A DNA stretch of 18,128 nucleotides from Lachnospiraceae bacterium UBA7589 (GTDB taxonomy: Bacteria; Bacillota; Clostridia; Lachnospirales; Lachnospiraceae): positions 3,235-21,362 of the forward strand of contig DLKL01000049.1 in the NCBI GenBank assembly GCA_002476495.1. The letters run 5' to 3'. Positions 1 through 5,631 of this stretch are shown here, one piece after another. Below the pieces are notes generated by a model. That model saw only the letters and a program-made list of their open reading frames with translations. It was not told the origin of the DNA and ran no database searches. Every line of letters begins with the position of its first letter. Within the stretch, counting starts at the first letter, position 1. Position numbers and translations under genes: made by a program.

Positions 1-530
1 TTTGCTACCTTTTTACTGCTTTCCTTTGCCACTTTTTTGGCTGTACCCTTTACACCCTTCTTGGCAATCTTCTTTCCTGCTTCCACCTTTTTAATCTTTC
101 GTTTCTGCTGATTGATTACCTGCCGCTTAAATAACTCTGCACCTCTTGACGCAGTACCCGTAACAGGCTTTGAGGCTTCATACATAATCATTGCTGACTG
201 TTGTATTTCCTGACCACCTTCTATCTGGTCTGTCATAACCTTACCGCCTACCATTCCGGCATTACGAAGGGAAGAGTCCTTCACTTTGATAGACTGCCCG
301 GCTTGCTTCATCTGTTTTCGATACTTGGAAAACATTCCTTCCTTTTGCACCTGATGAACCGTGCTCTTTCGATACTTGCCATTATCAGCTTTCTTTTTGG
401 TCGGATCTCTGTCTACGGTATAGACATTACTTCCCTTGATAGCTGCCTGCTTTGGTTCATGGGTATGAATCTTGGCTTTCTGTTTGGTATGGATTACCAT
501 TGGTTTGTCATCGACCTTTTTAATTTTCAA
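1..530 (-). CDS. 5' part of a Lys-rich conserved conjugative-element protein; the gene continues past the left window edge. It may be the T4SS-associated cell-wall hydrolase or large membrane protein that usually follows virB4, but the function cannot be assigned from this fragment
   Basis: Absent from the ORF track because no stop codon lies in the window. The minus strand reads AGTGGAGGGAGGTGAGAAAA-TTG, so a GGAGG RBS sits 8 nt before a TTG at 530. The frame then stays open to position 1 (hand translation: (M)KIKKVDDKPMVIHTKQKAKIHTHEPKQAAIKGSNVYTVDRDPTKKKADNGKYRKSTVHQ...). GC content returns to backbone level here. An in-frame ATG 10 codons downstream is an alternative start. Confidence 0.5.
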   Translation of the reverse strand, partial: MKIKKVDDKPMVIHTKQKAKIHTHEPKQAAIKGSNVYTVDRDPTKKKADNGKYRKSTVHQVQKEGMFSKYRKQMKQAGQSIKVKDSSLRNAGMVGGKVMTDQIEGGQEIQQSAMIMYEASKPVTGTASRGAELFKRQVINQQKRKIKKVEAGKKIAKKGVKGTAKKVAKESSKKVA

Positions 531-551
531 TTTTCTCACCTCCCTCCACTT

Positions 552-599
552 GGAAAATAAAATAAGCCGCTAGAGAGCAAAAATTACTCCTTAACGGCT
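552..599 (-). terminator. Possible intrinsic terminator or attenuator between the cargo block and the downstream backbone gene
   Basis: Imperfect stem AGCCGCTAGAGAG (565-577) / CTCCTTAACGGCT (587-599), 10 of 13 positions pairing, with a 9-nt loop. On the minus strand it is followed by TTATTTTATTTTCC. Confidence 0.3.
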
Positions 600-680
600 A
601 TGTAAAATCATTCAATATTCAATTATTTAAAGAAACATGAAACTGAAATTTGTTAGTGCGATTGAATATCCATTTAATAC

Positions 681-1568
681 TCAATCCCTCTTCTTCTTTA
701 CACAAATAATGACCGCCATAACAATCATCGGAATCATACTGATAATACCGATATATGCCGGTCCCAGTATTGCCATATTGGAATAATCAGGTTTTACCAG
801 ATATGCAAAAATAGTAAATGCATTGGTAGCACCATGCATAAGAGATGGCAACCAGATGGTCTCTGTCTTTTCATATACATAATCAAATAATATCCCCATC
901 ATAATAGTAGCGACACAGAACACAATCGGACCAAGTACCGGTGCGCCAATATATTCTTTACCATACTCATATCCAGCCAAAATCATAATCGGCCAATGCC
1001 AAGCCCCCCAAATAGTACCACCTACAATTCGACCCCTAGTAACACCCAGCTTCTTCTTCAAATATGGATACAGCGCACCTCTCCAACCGACCTCTTCGCC
1101 TAATGCAACAAACATATTCATAAATGGTGCAACAGTTACCGCCTGAATGCTAGTAATTAACAAATACATTGGCATAGTGATACCTTTTGCTTCAAACTGT
1201 TCCAACGCTCCCGCTTCCTCTAAAAGACCTCTTAACGTCATAAATTCAGAGTCAAATGTATCCGGGAAAATCACAAAAAACAAGACCCCTCCAAGGATAC
1301 TTAATAACGCCGGCATCCAAAGGGCAAAGAATACATAACGAATTTTCCCTTTTAAATGTGGTACCCATCCCATACCTTTTAGTGGGATTCTGGCTATCAG
1401 TACTCCAAGAAATGGCATAAACATGGTAATCATCAAGATAACAGCAAACACCATCTGATTTCCATTATTGCTAAAAATACTTGCTATCATTTCTAAAATC
1501 CAGGCCAACCCAAATGCGACTGCCATGTATATCACAAATTGTTTCTTACTCAAATTAATTGTTTCCAT
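681..1568 (-). CDS. CPBP family intramembrane glutamic endopeptidase (Abi / CAAX-protease-like, PF02517-type)
   Basis: Polytopic hydrophobic protein carrying the three family motifs EEVGWR (EExxxR), WGAWH ((F/W)xxxH) and HGATN (HxxxN). Its ATG overlaps the stop of the upstream merR-like gene (TAATG at 1568). Confidence 0.85.
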   Translation of the reverse strand: METINLSKKQFVIYMAVAFGLAWILEMIASIFSNNGNQMVFAVILMITMFMPFLGVLIARIPLKGMGWVPHLKGKIRYVFFALWMPALLSILGGVLFFVIFPDTFDSEFMTLRGLLEEAGALEQFEAKGITMPMYLLITSIQAVTVAPFMNMFVALGEEVGWRGALYPYLKKKLGVTRGRIVGGTIWGAWHWPIMILAGYEYGKEYIGAPVLGPIVFCVATIMMGILFDYVYEKTETIWLPSLMHGATNAFTIFAYLVKPDYSNMAILGPAYIGIISMIPMIVMAVIICVKKKRD

Positions 1569-2296
1569 TATGCATCCACCTCTTTTCTATATACTTCCAA
1601 ACTCCAGATTCTCCTCCTGCAGGTAGGGCAAGTTAGCTTTCGTGTCTTTGGCGTATGATTTCCAAAGAATGCTTCTAATTTCTTTGGCTGAAATCTGGTA
1701 TGGCATTCCGGACAGAGATACTCTACCCGCTTGTACCAATAGCCAAACATAATTGCTACACAAATAGGAATCACTGCCATGACCACAAAAAATGGCAACC
1801 AGATTCCTTTTAATATACCAATCACAAAAGTAACAATTTCGACAATTTCTAACGGAATTGCTATGATCAGCATTTTTTTGTACATTTTCTTTCGCTTTTC
1901 TTTTTCCTCCATAATCGATGATATGTCATGAATTGTTTTTTGCGACCCATCCTTGAAAGAAGCCAAAGAACTTCTTATGCCTTTAATATTTTCTAATTGT
2001 TTCGTTTTTTTCTTGACATCCGCCTGAATATTTTTTTCTTGCTCATCAAGCAAAAGTTCGATTACCTTTTTTGACTCTTCGGATTCCAATATTTCAGCAA
2101 TATCTTTTATAGAGATATCCAAATCTCTTAAAAAGCAAATCGTTTCCAATGTGGCAACATCCTCTTCGGAGAACAGTCTTCGTCCCCCTTCCGTCAAATC
2201 TGTTGGCACCAAAATACCTCTTTCATCATAGTATTGAATCGTTCTTACTGAAACGTTGCACTTCTTTGCAAGCTCTCCTGTTGTGTATAATGACAT
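1568..2296 (-). CDS. MerR-family transcriptional regulator with two C-terminal transmembrane helices and a four-Cys zinc ribbon
   Basis: N-terminal MerR HTH YTTGELAKKCNVSVRTIQYYDERGILVP, then a charged helical linker. Hydrophobic segments follow (LIIAIPLEIVEIVTFVIGIL and LPFFVVMAVIPICVAIMFGYW), then CPEC-x24-CPTC. Start moved to the ATG at 2296 (MSLYTTGEL), which has AAGGAGG 6 nt upstream. The ORF-track start at 2320 would place that RBS inside the coding sequence. Confidence 0.85.
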   Translation of the reverse strand: MSLYTTGELAKKCNVSVRTIQYYDERGILVPTDLTEGGRRLFSEEDVATLETICFLRDLDISIKDIAEILESEESKKVIELLLDEQEKNIQADVKKKTKQLENIKGIRSSLASFKDGSQKTIHDISSIMEEKEKRKKMYKKMLIIAIPLEIVEIVTFVIGILKGIWLPFFVVMAVIPICVAIMFGYWYKRVEYLCPECHTRFQPKKLEAFFGNHTPKTRKLTCPTCRRRIWSLEVYRKEVDA

Positions 2297-2328
2297 ATCC
2301 TGCCTCCTTTCAAGGTCCATATTAGTAC

Positions 2329-2380
2329 ATAACGTAGCGTGACAAGCAATATATCACGCTACGTTATTTTTTGATTTTTT
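2329..2380. promoter_or_regulatory. Perfect 14-bp inverted repeat plus T-run, just upstream of the merR-like gene; either an operator or a plus-strand intrinsic terminator
   Basis: ATAACGTAGCGTGA (2329-2342) and TCACGCTACGTTAT (2354-2367) flank an 11-nt loop, followed on the plus strand by TTTTTTGATTTTTT. On the minus strand TTGCTT-N19-TAATAT overlaps the right arm, and a 19-nt spacer is typical of MerR-type promoters. Confidence 0.5.
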
Positions 2381-2419
2381 CAAATAATCAAATTTTTATA
2401 TCAAACCAGACAGCGAGAG

Positions 2420-2455
2420 AAATTCAAATTCACCACCAGCAAATTCAAATTCACC
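2420..2455. repeat. Two copies of the 15-bp direct repeat AAATTCAAATTCACC, start to start 21 bp
   Basis: Exact copies at 2420-2434 and 2441-2455, each internally AAATTC-AAATTC. They lie between the toxin stop (2471) and the merR promoter region. Confidence 0.6.
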
Positions 2456-2470
2456 GCGTAGTTGATTGAT

Positions 2471-2800
2471 TTATATCAACTGTTCACGGTCTTGTTTATT
2501 ATATAAAAAACGTCTAACTTCCATGATTTTTTTAGAACCAATACCATCTATTACAACATAATAAATAACAAAATTCTTAACATAAATACGATAGTATTTA
2601 TATTGCCTTTCTTTTACAGAGCGAAATGGTTCAAATGATTCCGCAATAGGTAATCTTTCCATTATCGCTTTTTCAACTGCATCTAATAAATCATTTGCTG
2701 CTTTTTCATTATGCAAAGTTTCTGATATATATATAACTTTTTGTTCTAAATCCTCGTAAAATAAAGGTAAATACCTTAATTCATACTGTGTATCAGCCAT
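2471..2800 (-). CDS. Type II toxin, RelE/ParE family
   Basis: 109 aa and basic, with the family-typical C-terminal YRIYVKNFVIYYVV...IMEVRRFLY beta-strand region. Its start overlaps the antitoxin stop by 8 nt. Confidence 0.8.
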   Translation of the reverse strand: MADTQYELRYLPLFYEDLEQKVIYISETLHNEKAANDLLDAVEKAIMERLPIAESFEPFRSVKERQYKYYRIYVKNFVIYYVVIDGIGSKKIMEVRRFLYNKQDREQLI

Positions 2801-3050
2801 TTACCCTCCTTCGAAGATTTGAAAAAACTTCTTCATGTGTATATCTTTTTTCATTCTCTGATGCGTATCTGTCCGCCTCATCCAATGCAGCCTCAACACC
2901 ATCTGTAAGTCTCGAGTACGCCTCTAAGCTTAATACAACCATTGCACCATATCCATTCTTTGTTAAAAATACCGGTTCTCCTCCTCCAACCGCTTTTTCA
3001 ATATCAGGAAATTTATTTCTCAAGTCCGAAACTGGTCTTATCTGTATCAT
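2793..3050 (-). CDS. Type II antitoxin, Phd/YefM family
   Basis: Opens with MIQIRPVSDLRNKFPDIEKAV...PVFLTKNGYGAMVVLSLEAY, typical of Phd/YefM N-terminal domains. Start set to the ATG at 3050, which has AAGGAGG 6 nt upstream. The ORF-track start at 3068 would contain that RBS. Confidence 0.8.
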   Translation of the reverse strand: MIQIRPVSDLRNKFPDIEKAVGGGEPVFLTKNGYGAMVVLSLEAYSRLTDGVEAALDEADRYASENEKRYTHEEVFSNLRRRVNG

Positions 3051-3098
3051 AGCAACCTCCTTATCCAAATTCTATCATAATTTTATCTTGCTTAATTA

Positions 3099-3127
3099 AT
3101 TATAACCCTTATTTCTCTTTTTATCAA
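3099..3127 (-). promoter_or_regulatory. Near-consensus sigma-70/sigma-A promoter for the TA operon
   Basis: The minus strand reads TTGATA-N17-TATAAT (-35 at 3122-3127, -10 at 3099-3104). A 10-bp palindrome TAATTAATTA (3093-3102) overlaps the -10 and is a plausible antitoxin operator. Confidence 0.5.
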
Positions 3128-3130
3128 TCA

Positions 3131-4102
3131 CTAAGAAATATATTTTCTATGGGACATTTTCGCATTATTTTGATTTACCATAGCATATCTAAGCGTTGTA
3201 TCTATCTGTTCATGTCCAAGTATCTTCTGTACTTGTTCTATCGGCATTCCCTTTTCAATTGCTCTAGTTGCCATAGTTCTCCTGAATTTATGTGGATGCA
3301 CCTTTTCTACACCTAACTTCTTACCCATTTCTCGCAAACGTAATTCTACACCACTTTCAGTAAGTCTATTGTGTGGTTTATTCAGAGAAACAAATAATGC
3401 ACTATTATTATCTGTCCTTGATTCGATATAGTTTATCAAATGAATCTTTGTCTTTGCATCAAAATAAGCTTTACGTTCTTTATCTCCTTTTCCATAAACA
3501 ACACATTCACGTTCTGAGAAATCTATATCATCAATGTTCAATCTTACCAATTCACCTACCCGAATTCCTGTCGAAAGCAAGAAATCAATCATTGCCCTGT
3601 CACGTAAATTATTACAATTATCCCTAAGGATCTCAACTTTCTCATCTGAAATAGTATCTTTTACAATAATCGCTGCCTTCACCTTATGAATTCCTTTCAT
3701 CGGACTTTTTATTATATAATCTTCTTCCTCCAACCAAGAAAAGAATGTGGAAAGGCTTCTACGAATATTATCAATAGTCACCTTTCCACAATTATTTATT
3801 GCTTGATACTCTACAAGATATTTTCGTAACATTTCGGTAGTTATCTTTATCACCGGTATGTTAATTGTCTCCAGCATCTTCTCAATATTACACCTATAAT
3901 AGCGTATCGTTTTGTCAGAACACCCTTCTAAATGCTTTGCAGTTAAAAACATATCCAGAAATTCCTCATTATCGGTTTGTAAATAGTCAACTGTATTATT
4001 CTCTGACAAACGATTTATTAAAACTTCTTGCAATTTCTGCATCTGTGATGCATTTAGTACCTCTGCCATATCATTGATAATGTTATAGATTTCTTTACCC
4101 AT
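3131..4102 (-). CDS. Tyrosine site-specific recombinase (phage integrase / Xer-like family)
   Basis: Catalytic signature TGIRVGEL (Arg), HPHKFRRTMAT (HxxR) and LGHEQIDTTLRY (His and the Tyr nucleophile), plus an N-terminal SAM-like core-binding region. Start set to the ATG at 4102 (MGKEIYNI), which has AAGGAG upstream. This removes the overlap with the hydrolase gene. Confidence 0.9.
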   Translation of the reverse strand: MGKEIYNIINDMAEVLNASQMQKLQEVLINRLSENNTVDYLQTDNEEFLDMFLTAKHLEGCSDKTIRYYRCNIEKMLETINIPVIKITTEMLRKYLVEYQAINNCGKVTIDNIRRSLSTFFSWLEEEDYIIKSPMKGIHKVKAAIIVKDTISDEKVEILRDNCNNLRDRAMIDFLLSTGIRVGELVRLNIDDIDFSERECVVYGKGDKERKAYFDAKTKIHLINYIESRTDNNSALFVSLNKPHNRLTESGVELRLREMGKKLGVEKVHPHKFRRTMATRAIEKGMPIEQVQKILGHEQIDTTLRYAMVNQNNAKMSHRKYIS

Positions 4103-4110
4103 AAGAGCAC

Positions 4111-4128
4111 ACTCCTTTTTGAAGGAGT
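4111..4128 (-). promoter_or_regulatory. Hairpin sequestering the recombinase RBS
   Basis: On the minus-strand RNA, ACUCCUU-CAAA-AAGGAGU forms a 7-bp perfect stem with a 4-nt loop. The 3' arm is the AAGGAG Shine-Dalgarno, 9 nt from the ATG at 4102. Confidence 0.4.
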
Positions 4129-4175
4129 ATAACGCAGAAAAATCAGCACAACAACAGAGCGTATTACTGAAAGTT

Positions 4176-5279
4176 TCACTTCTCATTATCAAGTTCTAAT
4201 AACAGTTTTACACCTAATACAGTAGCTGGGACTCTATAATTCGGGGCGAGATTTGAAAGCACAACAACAGCTGTACCTGTTTCGGGATTAAAACCAAGAT
4301 AGCTATTATAATTTCCTGTACCACCATTATGCCATATGATGTTATTCTTACTATCAATAATCCAAGACATTCCTATCTCATCTATATGAATACCCATGGT
4401 TTTATACATTTCGTTTGATGCATTAATGCTTTTCAGGCTATTATGGCAATCTGAAAAATATGAATTATCTTCAAGTTGCATCTGTGCGTATAAAAGCATA
4501 TCCTCAATATTTGATGTGACAGCTCCCGCTGACAAATATGCATCGCCTTCTTTCCAATCCCAATACTTTCCAAGGTCTCCGCTTTTATCAGAAATCTGTG
4601 TTGAGGTTAAACATAATTCATTTTGTGCAAAATTATTTAACAAGCTTGTATATTCCGTTTCATATACCGACTCAAGAACAAGTCCTAATACTGCATAACC
4701 ATAATTAGAATATACAAAATCATAACTTGCTTTATCCATATTCAAGTTGCCTGCTTTGTCAGAAACCATTTCTTTTGTAACACCATAAAAATCATTTCTA
4801 CCATTAAAAAAGTTAGAAACCATAGGACTTTCTAAATAATATCCTTTATAGCCTGAAGTATGTGTCAATAGTTCCTCTATTGTTGGATATGTATTTCCTT
4901 CCGGTAAAGATAAATAGTTGTCTATTGTACAATCAATATTTATTTTTTCTTCCTGTATCGCCTTACTAATCAAAGCAGCTGTAAATGTTTTTGTAAGAGA
5001 TCCAATTTCATATGTATGAAGTTCTGCCGGAAGTTCTTTGCCATTTTTACCATATACTTTATAAGAAATCTGCCCATCCTTTACAATTCCAACCGTTATT
5101 ACCGCATCAGCGTTATCTTTTGTAGTGTATTCAAGAATTTCTTGAAAGGACAATTTTGGAATTTTACTCATTTGGTATCTTCCATATATCATTATTCCAC
5201 CAAATATTAATGCAATACAAAAAACAACTACTGCAATTATTAAAATCATCTTTTTTGTCCTATCCTCTATTTTTCTCAT
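4176..5279 (-). CDS. Membrane-anchored serine hydrolase of the beta-lactamase / transpeptidase-like fold (class C / PBP4*-like / esterase, PF00144-type)
   Basis: Contains the SxxK motif (GSLTKTF) and the YxN motif (YSNYGY), with a GGTG segment (HNGGTGNY) where the KTG box would sit. There is one N-terminal TM helix (ILIIAVVVFCIALIFGGIMIYG). Start set to the ATG at 5279, with GAGG 6 nt upstream. The ORF-track start is a TTG at 5303. Confidence 0.8.
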   Translation of the reverse strand: MRKIEDRTKKMILIIAVVVFCIALIFGGIMIYGRYQMSKIPKLSFQEILEYTTKDNADAVITVGIVKDGQISYKVYGKNGKELPAELHTYEIGSLTKTFTAALISKAIQEEKINIDCTIDNYLSLPEGNTYPTIEELLTHTSGYKGYYLESPMVSNFFNGRNDFYGVTKEMVSDKAGNLNMDKASYDFVYSNYGYAVLGLVLESVYETEYTSLLNNFAQNELCLTSTQISDKSGDLGKYWDWKEGDAYLSAGAVTSNIEDMLLYAQMQLEDNSYFSDCHNSLKSINASNEMYKTMGIHIDEIGMSWIIDSKNNIIWHNGGTGNYNSYLGFNPETGTAVVVLSNLAPNYRVPATVLGVKLLLELDNEK

Positions 5280-5325
5280 AATTAACCTCGCCGTAAAATT
5301 CAAATTTTCCTTTCCTTAATGATTA

Positions 5326-5535
5326 CTAATATTCCTTAGAAATTGCTGCCACATCATACATTTCCATAAATGCATCCAGGTCCGCTGCATCCCGAATCAA
5401 CATAATCTCGTCAAAGTGTCCGGTATGAATATCTTTAAATCCAGCCACCTGTTCTCCGGTACAAATGCTACATTTAAGAACTGCTTTCTTATTTGTTTTA
5501 TCATATTGCGTCTTGTGTGGTTTCTTCTTAAACAT
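5326..5535 (-). CDS. Small (69 aa) conserved-looking hypothetical protein with a CSIC motif
   Basis: MFKKKPHKTQYDKTNKKAVLKCSICTGEQVAGFKDIHTGHFDEIMLIRDAADLDAFMEMYDV..., with GAGG 8 nt before the ATG at 5535. The longer ORF-track version (to 5616) would read through a hairpin and promoter-like sequence. Confidence 0.45.
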   Translation of the reverse strand: MFKKKPHKTQYDKTNKKAVLKCSICTGEQVAGFKDIHTGHFDEIMLIRDAADLDAFMEMYDVAAISKEY

Positions 5536-5601
5536 AAGGAATACCTCATTTATAATCATCAAGGCCGGACATTCATCCGACCTCTTGATTATACTACAGA
5601 T

Positions 5602-5631
5602 ATTATAAAATTTCATCTGTTATTCCTGCAA
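5602..5631 (-). promoter_or_regulatory. Candidate promoter at the virB4 / cargo junction
   Basis: The minus strand reads TTGCAG-N18-TATAAT (-35 at 5626-5631 inside the last virB4 codons, -10 at 5602-5607). A second TATAAT lies at 5588-5593. A hairpin AGGUCGGA/UCCGGCCU (5562-5583, one G-U pair) follows. Confidence 0.3.

Larger units (their letters stand above)
551..5619 (-). other. AT-richer accessory (cargo) block inserted within the T4SS gene string
   Basis: Hand-counted 60-nt lines give about 22-33% GC in the TA, MerR and hydrolase genes and about 40-45% in the CPBP gene. Sampled backbone lines give about 42% (1-60) and 53% (11761-11820). None of the gene functions here relate to conjugation. 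Confidence 0.55.

Noticed and set aside
201-560. 119-aa plus-strand ORF from the track
   Set aside because: It is antisense to a better-supported minus-strand gene that has a GGAGG RBS, a TTG start at 530 and an open frame to the window edge. Its translation is hydrophobic, low-complexity sequence typical of a shadow ORF, and no RBS precedes it.
615-669. 9-bp inverted repeat ATATTCAAT / ATTGAATAT downstream of the CPBP gene, considered as a cargo boundary or recombinase site
   Set aside because: It is short, very AT-rich, does not extend on either side, and has no matching copy at the other end of the cargo block (5536-5619). It is compatible with chance.
4103-4192. N-terminal extensions given by the ORF track for the recombinase, and similarly for 2297-2320, 3051-3068, 5280-5303, 5536-5616, 10256-10372 and 15457-15468
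   Set aside because: In each case an internal ATG is preceded by a strong Shine-Dalgarno at 5-9 nt. The extension would include that RBS, overlap the neighbouring gene, or read through a hairpin. The shorter starts also match the usual N-termini of the families.
4176-5279. Calling the serine hydrolase a bona fide beta-lactamase resistance gene
   Set aside because: Only the fold-level SxxK and YxN motifs are visible. The KTG-box region is atypical, and the PF00144 family includes many PBPs, esterases and aminopeptidases. The functional claim is therefore reduced to a hypothesis.
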